In this document: in pieces, positions 43,856-58,309 of the stretch | Position numbering within the stretch: the stretch's first letter is position 1 | Layout of the letters: each line of letters starts with the position of its first letter | NCBI RefSeq assembly: GCF_009914755.1 | Contig: NC_060929.1 | Strand: one strand, 5' to 3' | DNA from: the human T2T-CHM13v2.0 reference genome, Homo sapiens | Length of the DNA: 64,000 bases | Position numbers and translations under genes: made by a program | The notes under the pieces: generated by a model | Seen by the model: the letters and a program-made list of their open reading frames with translations, nothing else | Told to the model about the DNA's origin: nothing | The model's database searches: none

Positions 43856-45969
43856 ACCTATAATATTTGTTCCTGCCAAAAGCCCTAACCTCCTGAGACA
43901 CCCCTCCAAAAAATGTGTACAGTATAAAGATATGCAATTTTTTTATTTTTCGTTTCACCTAGAAACGTTTTTTACATGCTATAGGGATTAGGTCTGTTTC
44001 CCTAACATTTGTTTCCCTCATGATGGAGCTAATTACTCTCTTCCAAAAAGATCCAAAGTGTTAAATGGTTATTTCCCAGACTGGAGCGTCATCTAGAAGA
44101 TGGTATTTACATTTCAAGGAGGAATAAGCAGGCCTCAGAACTTGGAGACATTTCTTGGTGGTAAAAATCAAGACACACAGGGCATTCTGGATGCTGGAGA
44201 GATTTCACTTATAAACCAAAGAATTGGAGTAAGGATTCAGGTCCATTATGTTTTCAAAGAGGCCCTTTCAAGAGGGGAAGGGACTGCTGCTACCTCCTTC
44301 CCCATTATAAGCAGATAAAAATCATTTTTCTTGTTCTTTACCTCTGCAGTCTTCAGCTACTCCAGCAGAACATTTGGCCTCGCTTTTATCACATCATCCC
44401 AGAGGTGAAGTCTGGGGCAGCAGGGGCTGACATGCTTAAGAAATCTCTCTCTGATCCAGTATGCCTTGTGTGTGCACTCAGGATAAGTTAATAAAAATTA
44501 ATATTAAGAACCCAATAGCAGCCCAGTCCTAAATCACCTCTGCTATGATTAGGGTGCCTAACATTTCCTGATAAGAATCAGGACTGCATCCAATTGATTC
44601 TGTAAAAAGAGTATTAAATTGTATGCAAATTATTTCTATCTGGTGGAAAAAAATTACCCCATATGTTATCATTTATTGCCTTTAAGGCCATGAACAAGTT
44701 TCCAATCTAATTTAGTAATCTCATCTTAACATTCTCTTATTGAATTTCCTATAAATACCCAGTTTCTCAAATACGCTTGGAATCAGCTTTCTATATTACT
44801 GATTACTGCACTAATTGATCAGTTGAGTGAAATCATTGACAGGTGCTTATATTTATATGAGTTACGTTTTGACCTATTTGAAAAATACATTTACCAGATG
44901 GTCCCACAGTCATCACGCCAACAGAGTGTCTAGCAGATGTAGGTGGTCTGTGCTGTGTTTGCATCTCTGCCAACTAATCATGGAAATTCTGTCTCTTCTC
45001 TTGACCAAAAAAAAAAGCAGACTCAGCTTACTTGAGACATCACCATCATCTCTTCTTTAATATTTATATGCACTTTACCCTGCTTGAAATAGGAGAAAAG
45101 CAACTCCTATAGCCACTCTTTGGCAAAAGATTCTCCCAGAACGTCTAGGTAGCACAACTCCAGGAACTCCTGGAAGTTCTCATAAAATTCCATTTAAATG
45201 ATACCCTCTGAAGTTGTGCAATGTGGGTAGCTCTGAATTAGCCCCACTGGGCCTTCGGACAGAAAGGATCATTAAAGCATATTCGTATTTTATCCATACT
45301 CTGTGGATTTTTAGTTGTATAAATAACTGCTCCTCTAGAGGATAAAGAGCCTACCTAGGTCCACATCTAGAATTATGTAATTAACGAGGAAAGGGCAAGT
45401 TATAGGCTGCTTAAATGTACATAATGAGCCTCAGTCCATTCCATTTTTCTTGCTTTTATGCAGAAAGCCACTTCCTCCTCTGTAAAAGTAGATGCACTTA
45501 GTCATTTCTTGACTCTTAAGCACTAAAGAAGCACAGAGGGTCAGAAAGACATGCAAGCCCAGCTACCTCTACTCATTCCTTTCCAGAGCACCTTTGCCTC
45601 AGAAGAAAGTTCTGGTCCTTTCATCCAGCTATATACATGGTCCATGTAACAGCTCTTGGTAGAAATAATTTTGCTCAATCGTTGTTGTGTGTGAAGCCAT
45701 TGACCTATGTTGAGATGTGCACAATCAACAACGCACCACAGAAGAGCTCTGTCAAGAATGTCATTCATTATATCACACAATGCCATTTCTATTAAGACTT
45801 CAGAAAATACCTGCCTGTCCCCAGCCTCAGGAATACTTCTGTATCTCCAAAGCCACAAATATGTTTGTATCTTTTGTACACCTCACCCCTTGCTTCATTC
45901 TAATATCCATGCCTTTGTATTGTTGTCTTTTATTTTCCTTTAACATTATGTTATTTTACTCTCTCTTAT

Positions 45970-46028
45970 TCTCTCTCTCTCACACACACACACACGTGCG
46001 TGCGCGCACACACACACACACACACACA
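45970..46028. repeat. (CT)n(CA)n compound microsatellite
   Basis: Seen directly. Confidence 0.95.
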
Positions 46029-47728
46029 TCTGTAAACATTAGACCTGTCTGGAACAACGCAGACAGAAGAAAGGAATTATAAATTCTCTAAGTCCAGGAT
46101 TTATTATACTAGCCATTTGTTAACTTATGCCCTAATGACTGCACATATTTTTCATCTATGATTCTTCCTCTCCTTATTTCCCAATTCCCCCCCCCCCAGT
46201 TTTATCATAAACACTAATCAGTGGCTTACCCAATATTCAGTGATTTTTTTAAAGAAATGCATCTCTTTACATCTGCTAGTTATTTAAAAGTTGCCAAGCA
46301 ACTGGGAAGAATTGATTAATGGCAATTGTTCATTTGGGGGAAGTGGTTTTTTGAATTAGTAGACAGTAATTTTTATATTCAAGTCTCTCTGCAGCCAAAA
46401 GTAAAATTTATTACTGCAGAACATGTTACTGATTGTGTTTTAAACTTTCACTGACCACCAGCAGCATATGAAGTACTATAAACAACAGCATTAGACATAT
46501 TACAGCCCAGGGGGAATGCTGCCTAAAATGGTCATTTTCCTGCTTCAGTCTAATATAATTCTGTTCATTTGGTCTATCCTGTTAATTTAGTTTTTACTAG
46601 TCATCTCTTATTCATCATTATTTTTAAAGGCCTATATCTACCAGGAAATATTCCCAAGTGATTCTATTCATAAGAAAAAAAGAAAAATCTAATTTGCAGA
46701 AAATATCTGAATCCCAACTGTGTTATAAATTCTGAGCTCTCTCTAATGTCTTGATACAATTTGAATAATAGCCTCTTTATTTGTTTTAATGTTGCAAATC
46801 TAGATTTTAAATGTTTTGCTTTACTTCTGTTACCTCCAGAAATTCAGAAATTATTCCCTTCAGGTATGTATCTTTTTAAGTGCATTATAATTTCTTGTGT
46901 ATTATGATTCCTCATGTAAAAGTTAGGTCAGGGTGCAGGTTACTCTTTTCCCCAAATAGCTGTGGTACTGAATTACACACATGGTGAAGGCTACCTAAAT
47001 CTTTGTTGACTGTGAAAGAAAGGCACGCTTTCCAGTGCCCACTTCCATCATTCGGTCTCTCTCCACCGGCCTCACGATGCGTACACCGTGTTACTACAGC
47101 TCCAACTTTCCCTGACCTATGTTCCCTTGCAGCTTTCCATGATCTCTGGCACATGTGCAGACAATATAATTGAGAAGCATCATTAACATCAAACATGGGA
47201 AAAGCTGGGGAAGCAACAATTCTTCTTCCTTTCTTTAAACTGCATAAAAGCTCAAGAGACAGAGAGAAAATGATCACACAGCTCAGACAGAAAGTTGTAT
47301 AATGCCCCACGGCAGAGCAATAGTGTAAAATGTGAGGTATAACCCATCCCCTCTTTCTGAAACTGGTGATTCCCCAATCCTTCCAAGTTCTAGGACTGGA
47401 TAAACAATTTGTGATTGTCATTGGCTAGTTCTAACAACTCCAGATAAGTTACAACCATTTGGATGTGCTTCCTTTTTGGAGAATTCAAAAAGAGTGACTG
47501 AAATCTAGGGCCCCCCTGAGGACATCTGAGTCACCCCAAATAATCAGAAGAATTTCTATTCTGGTAAAATGTTCACTCTCCCAAACTTGCTTCACCTTTA
47601 CGGCAGTTAGAAGCTCATTAAAAAGCTTCTGTTTTTACATAGCATATAGAGGCCATATACATTTACCTGCTCTACCCTTCGAAACCTCATTGCATAACAT
47701 AAAATGAAGAAAAAAAAACCCTTTGCTT

Positions 47729-48208
47729 TGTATTAGTTTACTGAAGCTTCTATAACATGACCACACATTTGGTGGCTTAAAACAGTAATAATTAACTCCC
47801 TCACAATTCTGGAAGCCAGAAGTCTGAAATAAATATCACTAGGAAGAAATCAAGATGCCAGCAGGGCCACGAGCCCTCTGGAAGAGGGGAAGCTGTTCCT
47901 CACCATTTCCAGCTTCTGATGGCTGCCAGTATTCCTCGGTGTGGGGGTGCATTATTCCAACCTACCTTTGTGGTCCCATTTTCTTATCCCTTTCTGCCTG
48001 CTACAAATCTCCACCTGTCTCTCTTTGATGAGGATTCTTGTTATTGCATTTGGAGCCCTGCATATCCAGGATATCCAGGATAATCTCCCATTTCAAGATC
48101 TTTAACTTGATCACATCTGCAAAGTATTTGCCACATAAGAAAACCTCATGATTTCCAGGGATTAGGACATGGCTACCTTTGAAAGGAGCCATTATTCAGC
48201 CTAGCACA
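47729..48208 (-). mobile_element. MLT1C-like MaLR solo LTR
   Basis: 'tgtattagttt...ggtggcttaaaaca...cacaattctggaagccagaagtctgaaat...ccattattcagcctagcaca'. Confidence 0.85.
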
Positions 48209-48681
48209 TACCCAAAACAATGCCAAGAGGGAAATTGCCAGAGACTAAGGAAGCACAACTTTTTGGAAGATTAAGATAGATGGAGCAGTGGGGACTACTA
48301 CAACAAAGTAAAGGAATAGGGGAATGGAAACAAAAATTGAACCATAGCACGGACCTAGCTTCTGCTCCTAAACTCAACAGGAGAGCCGAGGCTATTCTCT
48401 GGAGAAAGAAAATCAGAAGGATCCCAGAGTTATGGCCACAAAGCAGAATGGAGGAGAGAAGTGTGACACACGACTGAAAACTAGAAAATTAACGCAAAGT
48501 CTACTCAGTGAACTAAAGGACTTTCAAACTCAAGATGCCATCATAAAGCTCCAAGTCAGGGAACTGAAGGATTGCTCTCTAGGGGGGGAAAAAAAAGGAA
48601 TTTCAGAGAAATGCACCTACAAATAACAACATTTGGTCTCATCCCAATTAAAAGACTAGCTTCCTCCCTTAAGACTTATAA

Positions 48682-50036
48682 TAGCAATTCTCAAACTTTC
48701 TCGTCTCAGAACCTCTTTACACTCATAAAAATCATTGCAGATCCCAAGAAGCTCTTGTTTATGTAGGTTATATCTACCAAGTTTTACCATATTAGAAATT
48801 AACCTGTGAATTTAAAAAATATATATATTCATTTCAAAATAACAATAATCCACTACATAATATAAAAAATGTTTTATTGAAAAATAACTATATTTTCAAA
48901 AAAAAATTTAGTAGAAGTGTGGTATTTTTGGCAACCTCTTTAATGTCTCTCTTAATAAAAGATACCAGGATTCTCATATCTGCTTCTGTATTTAATCTAT
49001 TGCAACACGTAAATTTTGTTGAAGTCTGTGAAAAAAATGCACCCTCCCAGCAATATATAGTTGGAAAACGGAAGAGTATTTTAATAGCCCTTTGAGATAA
49101 TTGCAGATTGAAACTACACTCCAACTTGAAAAGGAGTAGTTTCTTAAAGGTCAATTGCAAGGCAGAATCTGAAACCACATCAATGAACTTTTTGACTCTA
49201 TTACAGTAAAGTCTGTCCTGCACTTTGAATATATTTTTACCCGTGCATGGAATTTTGTAGCATCATGCATTTATCATTTGGAAAACCTTTGTTCACAGAG
49301 TTATAAAGATCTCCCAAATGTTGACAAATTTCGTTACATAATATCAAAAAATTACACTTGTTAATATTACCACTAATCTCATCAGAAAATTTGGTAATTA
49401 CTGGAAAGCTCTTAAGTTCCTAGTTGCCAATACAAGTTTTCCAAATTCTGATTTTTTGAAAGCTTGCATTTTATCATTACCAGTAAGGCCACTTTATTTA
49501 TTTTCAAAAAATGTCTGGCAAATACCCACATCTGCATAACCAGTTTTTCAGTCAGTCATTCTTTCAAGTAAAAATGGTTTCCATGAAAAAAAATGTTGAC
49601 TTCAACTCTCAATTCAATTGCACTAGTGCTTTTCCTTGAGGCAGCCATTGTATTTCAGAATGCAGCAGAATAGTAGGCATAATTCCCATTTTCTCACACG
49701 AAAAATTAAAAGATGTATACACAATTTACAAGTTTTATGGCTTTATCAAGGCCAATATCAAGTAAAACTAGCATATTTCTTTTTTACAACAGTGTGTGGT
49801 GGTAAAGAATATACTAAAAGTATACTAAGTATACCTTCGTGCCATTTCCTTCATCCATGGCAAAGGCTTCGGCAGTTTTACCCATCACTGTTTTGCACCA
49901 TCAGCACAAAAGTTAATGTAGTGAAAAAGGCAAATAAAATCTTGGCATTAATATGAAAATAATACAGACCTCATGAACTCCCTACAAAGTTCTCTGGGAC
50001 CTCAGGGGTCCTTGAACAACACTTTGAGAACCACTG
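48682..50036. mobile_element. Charlie1a-like hAT DNA transposon
   Basis: Termini 'tagcaattctcaaactttctcgtctcag' and 'acactttgagaaccactg'; antisense transposase remnant (ORF 48888..49223). Confidence 0.8.
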
Positions 50037-50138
50037 CCCTACAGTAAAATAAACAAATACTGTCTTCATGTTCTGAGAGTCCAAGATGCATTTAGTCCCT
50101 TATGTAGAACAGGAAGAGTCAATTAAAAGTAACCCATG

Positions 50139-50751
50139 TGTTGAGGGTTCCCAAGAGATCTACAGACTCAATGATTCACTAGAAGGGCACACAGGACTCA
50201 GAAAAGTGGTTACATTTATGGCTATATTTTAATACAATGAAAGGATATATACAAAAATCAGCAAAAGGAAAGGACACATGGGGCAAATTCCAAGAGAAAC
50301 TAGGCACAAGCTTCCAGGTGTCTACTCCCAGTAGAGTCACAAAGGGCTGCAATTAATTTCTTAGCAATGACATGTGACACAATGAAAGTGTTGCCAACCA
50401 AGAAAGCTCACCTGAGTTTTGAGGTACAGGTTTTTATCAAGGAGTCAGTTATACAGGAAAGCAAGACAATGTATGACTAATCTGAGCTACTCACACTTCA
50501 GCCCCCATCATTCAGAGCAAAAACAGGCATTCACCATAAATCACATGGTTAGCATAAAATATCTGATCAAACTGGTATAGGGTGACCAAGGCCTCCAGGA
50601 CACAAACGCCATCTTATCAGTCAGACTATGCCAAGGACTCAGGATTTATCTCCCAAGAGCCAGCCAAGAGCCAATCCTAAAGGCAGGCCTTTCTTTGAAA
50701 TGTACAGGATTTGAGTAACCCAGGCCTGCTGAGTTAACCCTTTCCTGCTCA
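50139..50751 (-). mobile_element. MER21-like LTR
   Basis: Minus-strand start 'tgagcaggaaagggttaactcagcaggcctggg'; 'gattcactagaagggcacacaggactcag'. Confidence 0.75.
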
Positions 50752-50759
50752 ACCTACCT

Positions 50760-51600
50760 CCAACATGAAAGAAAAACATAACAACAAGAAGCTGAAAGAA
50801 GAGATAGAAACAAAGCGACAGCAGAGAACAATTCAAATAAAGTATAATTAATCAACTCAATGAGAGAGAAAAGATACTGCATTCATAAAACAAAGTAAGA
50901 AAGCTACACAATGATCAGAAGATAAGAAAGAGCTCCTGGAAATTAACTATCATCATAATACATCCAAAATAGAGAAATCATTCAAATGCTAGAAAGTTAA
51001 AACAGAAATTACCAAGAAAGTAGAATAAATAGACAGAAAATATAAAAGGAAAGGTAAAAGAGATACAGAACAAAACTCTCTAGAATTGATTCAGGATAGC
51101 CAATGAATAACAGCAATACCAAAATGAGAGAATAGTTAGGAAGAATAGTTCAAAGAAATCACACAAGATATGTTTTCCAGAACTAAAAGGTAAGCATCTG
51201 GAGTTTGAAAGGGCCAATAAAGTGACTAGAACAATGAAAGCATATGTACTTTTTACAAAATTTCAGAATGCCAGAGAAAATGAGAAGATCCTAAAAGTTT
51301 CCAGAGAGAAAAAGTCTGTGAATACAAAAGTGAGACTAAGAATGGTATCAAATTTCACAACAGCAGTACTGAATGCTAGAAGACAGTGGAACAATGCTTT
51401 AAAATCTGAGGAAATATTATCTCTACTTAAAATTCTGTTTGAAGCCAAAGTATCAACCAAGTATGATGACAAACTAGAAACAGGTTAGACACAAAAGGAC
51501 AACCCATGCCCCCTTTTGAAGGATATGCTCCAGCAAAAAAGGGAGTCAGTCAGGAAAGAGAAATTCATAGATTACAGGCTCCAACAAAAGAAGAGTGAGT
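50760..51600 (+). mobile_element. Ancient L1M/HAL1 ORF1 remnant
   Basis: ORF 51222..51488: EKILKVSREKK..RMVSNFTTAVLNARRQWNNALK. Confidence 0.7.
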
Positions 51601-51614
51601 GTCAAAGGTCTTGA

Positions 51615-51940
51615 GGGATAGGGAGAGATTTGTGAAAGGATACCAATTTACAGTTAGATGGGAAGAATAAGTTCTAGTGCTCTATATCCTATAGGATGAC
51701 TATAGTTAACAATAATGTATTAAATAGCTTTAAATAGCTAAAAGGAGGATGTTGAACATTCCAAACACAATGAAATGATCAATGTTTGAGATGATGAATA
51801 TGCTAATTATCCTGGTCCAAACACTATACATTATATCTACCAAAACATCACTATGTGCCCCATGAATAGGTACAGTTATTTGCCAATTAAAAAAATCAAA
51901 AAATTAAGGTACAATATTTTTAATTTTTTTTAAAAAAAGA
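51615..51940 (+). mobile_element. L1MA (MA4-like) 3'UTR fragment
   Basis: 'agaataagttctagtgctctata...gactatagttaacaataat...gaaatgatcaatgtttgagatgatg'. Confidence 0.75.
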
Positions 51941-52059
51941 AAGGTCCCACAACGATCTCAGGAATCACTTTGTTTTTCATTAAAAGTATAACAACCATAC
52001 AACCTCTGGGAATAGCTTTTAGTGTTTTTCAAGCAATATCTCATTCTAACTTCTCAAGA

Positions 52060-52220
52060 GGCCAGTGGGATCCTTCTTATCTTCATCTTTCCAGTGAAAA
52101 AAAAATGTGTGGTAGGAAAGTTAATACTTTCCCCCAAATTCACATGACTAGTAATTGGCAAAGCTAGGACTTGAACCCATGGAGACCCCAATGCCCATTC
52201 CCTTAACCATATACTGTCTC
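52060..52220 (-). mobile_element. MIR fragment
   Basis: 'cccaaattcacatgactagtaattggcaaagctaggacttgaaccca'. Confidence 0.65.
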
Positions 52221-53959
52221 CAAGACAACAAATATGGAAAAGAATCATAGTAGTAGAAATTGTAGCAATAGCAAATGTCTTTAATATCTAATAACCAAGC
52301 TGCAGATACATCTCAAGACATTAGTTAGAAACTCTTGTATTATTTTATGCTGAATATCTATCTACCTCTCCTTTCAAATGACCCCAGCTAGAACAGCAAC
52401 TAGCCAAATGGCTGGAACACATAAAGAACTTAATAAATATTGGTTGGGTGAATTAACTCAATAATCTCAACAATGCATCTATCTGAAATATCTTAACAGC
52501 TAAAATTTTTTATAGTTAGCTTACAGAGTTAACATAGCAACTTAATTTATAGTCAACAATTTGTTACTTGTGAAAAAAATTTTGTCATAAAGATTGTATA
52601 TGTATAATCACCCCAAGTTAGTAATAGTATAAATTTTAAGCATAAGGATTGTGGGGAAAAATGGTATTACCTTATTAATTGATAATAAAGTATCTAGGAT
52701 TTGAAATACATTATTTCTGTTCAAGTTGCAATTAGAAAAATATATACTGGCAGTTATTAAAACAAAAATTGTTCTTGATTAGTAACCATATTTTATAGAA
52801 TCAAGTTTTTTTATATTTTAATCTGTTATCAATAAGAAGATACACAATGACACACTTAAAGCATTTAAAATTTATTTCAAATATTATATATGCTCCAAAT
52901 ATGTAAGCCCACTTGTGTTTATTCTGTAAAGGAAAATAAGGTCAATTTCTAATTTCACAGAACATTGGTGTGTACTTTCAAAGTACTGATTTTGCCTCTG
53001 ACAGAGTTATCTCATTCCATTAGAAAATTAGGGCTTAGAGGTTATCAGAAACATAGCAGAATATTACATGTGCATGATGGAAATTTATCCCTGAGCATTC
53101 TCCATTTCATTTCCTCTAGATTTCCACTTTCCTTCTGCAGACAGCCAGACCTGCCACACTACAATGAAGTATTGATATAAAATTTTAATTTGTTAGTTGG
53201 ATTAAAAGAATTTTCAGAATCATTATTCAGACCATTGGTATATTTCAAGTTATATTTACATATTCCAGGAACAAAAATAAATATACCTGAAAATATTCAT
53301 CTATGTTCATAAATTTATGTTTTGTCAAATTTTTATAGAATTATTCAAACTAGATTGTACATAGTAAAATTCTTCAAAGTTTACCATGTTAGCAAGTATT
53401 AGTGTCTCTGAGCTATTTTTATTTCCCAAATTCAACTAAAGATGGAAATTTATTTTTAAAGGTAGTAGTATCCTATGACAAACATACTGCATGACATTTT
53501 CTAGAACAGGCAAGGTAGAGTAAGGAACAGGAAGTCTTGGGAAACTATGTTTTATCTTTTAATCTGGAAAAAGCAAAAGAAGGGAGAAATTAAAGACATT
53601 ATATGGGGTAACTCATGTACAAACATTTTTTAAACCATACAGCATTACGCAAACTAAAGGTATTGTTTATTTAGAAATTGACGTATTTTTCTCCTTTAAT
53701 TGTTCAGCATCCGAAAAGACAAAACATAAATCCTTAGAATTTTGAAACTGAACAGGCCCTAGATATTGGAGTCTCTTTTAAAAGGTTAAGTGGGTTGTAT
53801 AACCAGTTGACATTAGAACAGAGGCTAAGTTTCTATCCTTTCACTCATTTTTATTGTCACTCATTTCTCTAATATTTCTGTATTGTTTCTATATTGGTTC
53901 TTATTTAATATACATACTTCTTTACTGAACATGTCAGCCGCTTCTTTGCTGATTTGAGG

Positions 53960-54250
53960 ATTTTTATAAAAGAGCAACAATAAATCATCAAGAGTTTTAA
54001 ATGGGGAAATGGCATGACTCAACCTACGTTTTGCAAAAATGTGTCCACTGTATGAAGAATGGCATAAAAGGAAGAAAGAACAGATGCCAGGAGACACACA
54101 AGTTTGAGATGACATAGCTAGGAGTAGAGTAGGGCTCTATAGATGGAGAGAAGTAGAAAGATTTAACATGTATTTGAAGGTACAGTCCACAAGACTTAAG
54201 GATAAGTTTGATGTGTGATAAGAAAGAAAAAGTAACTCTTGGTTTTAGCA
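53960..54250 (-). mobile_element. L2 fragment
   Basis: 'atggagagaagtagaaagatttaacatgtatttgaaggtacagtccacaagactt'. Confidence 0.6.
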
Positions 54251-55726
54251 TTTTACCATCTACGGATAATTTTATTTTGGGTCTTTTTTTCTTTATATAA
54301 AAAAACTTTATTGGATTTAGATTAATTCTTGGATTGTCACTGTAGTGTAGTGAGTATACTTCACTTGTCCTATAATTTAATTTTCCTCAAACTTTATCAA
54401 TCTTTCAATACGACTGATTTCAAATCATCAGTCATACCGTGCTCTTGTCGCCCCACCTCCTGATGGAGGATCTCTCACCTACCTCAAAGGAATTTTTCCA
54501 AAAGGGCTGTCTCAAAGGCCTGGAGAGACAGAGGTCTCACATAGTACGCATTAAAACGCTATAGCCTTGAGTTAGGAATAAATCACACATAAACAAAAAG
54601 TGCCATCATCACCTTTCCCGGCAGACAGTTCCCTTTGGGGAATATAGTAGTATGCTGACATTTGTCCATACAGACATACTTCATTTTATTGCAGTCCACT
54701 TTATTGCATCTTACAGATACTGGGTTTTTTTTTTTGTTGCTTTTGTTTCTTGTTTTACAAATTGAAGGTTGTGGCAATCCCGTGTTGAGCACATCTCTCA
54801 GTGCCATTTTCCCAACAGCTTGTGCTCATTTCATGTCTCTGTGACATTTTAGTAATTCTTGCTATATTTCAAACTTTTTCATTATTATCTGTTTTAATGA
54901 TCTGTGTTTGGTGATCTTTTTTTATGTATAAACATGGGCATTTATTTATAATGAGAACAGAAATTACAAGAAAAAAGATCTTCAAGAGCTGATAAATACC
55001 ATAACTCTCATTGCATGATACCTTTAATAAAATGAAATATAAGAGTTATGGGCAATGGGATAAAGCTACTTAATGTGTCTTCTCCACTGATCAAAAATAT
55101 TCCATATAGTCTCGGTGAGGAATTCCTCAGGATATAAATGGCTATTTACATTGTAGTGAATTATATCATATATAAGATTCACTCAGTAATGTTAATAATG
55201 AACTGGCTATAATTGGCAAGATGCAATGCTTGCCATTTTATGACATTAACATGGTTTGAAACTAACATATTACATAGTACCAGTGTAGTCAGAGCTACCC
55301 TCAGCCATGATGAACATGTTGCCTGTTTTGCCTGGTGTTTTGGCAGCAAAACAGGAAGCAATCTTGTCTGGGTCATTGTTCTGTCAATTTGTGGAAAAAA
55401 TTACTTGAGTCTCATATAAATATCCAATAGGTCCATAAACCCTTCAACCCATTTCTATGGCAAAACTCACTTTTCCTTTTATACGTGTCCCTCAGTCTCT
55501 TAATTTTGTCAGGTGGAGCTTGATCCTAATTTTAACCTTGGTAAAGGAGGATAAGAGTGGTGTTTCTTTTGCCCTTTCTAGTACAAATGGAGGGACACTA
55601 AGCATTAACTTAATAACTACATTTAAGACTTGAACACATGCTACACTTTTGTCATCTTCTGACATAAGTTTACCTGAGTTTCCTTGATTTTGATGATTTG
55701 TTTCCTATCTCTTCCTCTGGATGTAG

Positions 55727-56034
<308 letters not shown>

Positions 56035-56959
56035 TGGATGTAGATTTCAATAGTTGAACTTAATTCTGCAATGTTCTGCTTGATGGAATAACTGAGTATC
56101 TGTAAATTGTGTAACAATGATGTATACTGTTGCATTAGGTGAGCTTCTGAAGAGTGAAGTTGATACTTTGGTCAATGTTCTTTTCTCCTCAGTGTCTAGT
56201 CTGAGGCCTTTTAGAAGATTGATGTGTAGCAATTATTTAATGAATTGAATATTTAAAAATTTTTAATTGCTATATTTGGTAATTATCTCTCTGCTTGAAA
56301 TCAAATGCACTATAAGTGAATTCAACAAGTAAAATACATTATCTTTGAAAATAGTTTCTTTTTAAAGGAATACTCATTAATTGCAACTTATAAAACTAAA
56401 AGTTCTAATGGTTTTTAAAAACCAGTGTTGAGTGGGAAAGTGTTTTAGTTTGGAAATACCAGTGAAGTATCCTAGTCAGGTAAAGAACCTGTTTTCTCAA
56501 AGAATGTAAGTTGCTATATCTGGAGGGGCATATAGGACAGGGTAGTTCTAATTACTGTCTGTGAGAGTTACCACTTTGTAACTTATGGTTTCTGCTGCAG
56601 TATTGTGTCGGTTCTGTACTATAAATTGTACCTTAGTAGACCAAAAATATCTATGCAGCACTGATTTCCTTGAATATTGTCTGCTAATTGATATATCTTC
56701 TAGAGGCAAAAGGTTTAAAAGTATGTTAAAATTGTTATATTGCCTCCTTTATAAACAAATTGAAGAGCTGTAAATACTACTGTAGATCTCTTCTGTTTCC
56801 CACAGCAAATATTGATTTTATAATTGTTAAGTATTTCATATTTTAATTTAAATTGGATTCAATCACAATAAAGAAAACGAGACAAAAAATACCATAAATA
56901 TCACAAGCACCTAGTATTTTTAAAAATCAATTAACTGCCTGTCATCTCTCTTAATAATA

Positions 56960-58180
56960 CAGTTTTGCCACATTATTGGAGGCATACCCTGGTCATCTTT
57001 TCACACGACAATGAATATCATTTTCTACAGAGACAAGGCAAGAAAATTCAGTCTTGCCTTTAGCATGGTTGATCAAAGTTTATTCTATTAGTGATAATTT
57101 AGAAAGTTTATTTTAGCTCCAGTTAGCTCCTTTTAGCTCATTACTGGTTATCATGTAAGTGTTCAGGATTGTTATCAACTTTAGGAGAACTTCTGGTTTC
57201 TTTTCAATATAAACTGTAAAATTTTTTTCCTGTAGGAGTTGTAAGATAAAAAGAAATTTTTGTACAATGACCAGTCATAACTATTCCTTGAACTGACAAT
57301 ACTCATTAACCATTTTGTCATTGATATTCTCATTTTAGTAGCTAAATGTGAATTTTATATTACATTCATCAAGGTCAGTATTTCATGTCAAATCAGCAGG
57401 AAATTTAAAAAGAACAATTCTGATTAATTCTATTTTGGGTGACTTCCACCAAAAAAAAAATGGTGTATTTATAATTGTATTTGCCTTCTTATCAATATAT
57501 TTATTTTAGGAAGGAAATTTCTCTTTTGACTTGGCCTCAATGAAAACTTTATCCTTCATTCACAATTTTACAATGTCTAATGATCAGAAGAATTTTCCAT
57601 AGACTAGCTTCTAGCTATGTATATTTCAAGCCTTGCTTCTCTTCTACTCCTCATATACTTTGGGGGCCAGGTGCCATAGGACACATTCATATCATGTCTT
57701 GACCTTAGTTCTGCATCTTCATGCTGTGATAGCTAACAAATGAGTCAACATAATGTGCAGAAGAAACATTCCTGGAAGCCATTCTTAGATTAGAAGTGAA
57801 AGCGAAAACAATTCTGTACAAAGTGACTGTGAGCTATATAAATATTTCCCACTAAAGCAAAACTAAATGTATCCACAATTAAAATTCCCCTTATTCAGAT
57901 TCCCAAAATGACTTCTACTCTAATGGTACTCAACTCTAGATATGTGATGGAAGGGAAGCCAGGGTAGAAAGAGACAAAATTCTTAACAATTTTGGTTGAA
58001 AATACTTTATTTCTGCAAACGACCTGCTTTAATGTGTGTGTTTGTGTGTGCGTGCGAGCATGGAAACTGTTTTTATATGTGTATTTCTAAATGAACAACT
58101 TCTATAGAGCCCCTTTCAAGACTTTGAAAGGGACCTGTGCAAGCTTATGCTCCATTAACCTCAAGGTGAATCTGACTCTG
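56960..58180 (-). mobile_element. Zaphod/MER115-like hAT-Tip100 relic
   Basis: Minus-strand translation near 57015-57105 gives SKLSLI/NKL*STMLKARLNFLA/SVENDI (hAT dimerisation motif, frameshifted); terminus 'cagagtcagattcaccttgaggttaatggagcataagc'. Confidence 0.65.
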
Positions 58181-58309
58181 TCTAGCACTCTATAATTCTA
58201 TCAACTAATCCCTAATTTTGAGGATGAGAGGAGTTGGGATGGGAGCCTTCTCAAAGCCTCTAACATTACACAACACAAAGAGCTTTCTCTATTTCTTGTT
58301 TAATCTTAA

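Noticed and set aside
45032-45079. Possible 48-nt minus-strand exon (GKVHINIKEEMMVMSQ)
   Set aside because: Splice signals are plausible, but the peptide is unrecognised and no partner coding exons were found.
46912-47421. 169-aa minus-strand ORF in unique DNA
   Set aside because: No recognisable domain, non-ATG start, and a length compatible with chance.
55050-55700. Possible processed pseudogene or transposase in the distal transduced segment
   Set aside because: I could not recover a recognisable protein motif by eye; it needs BLASTX/Dfam.
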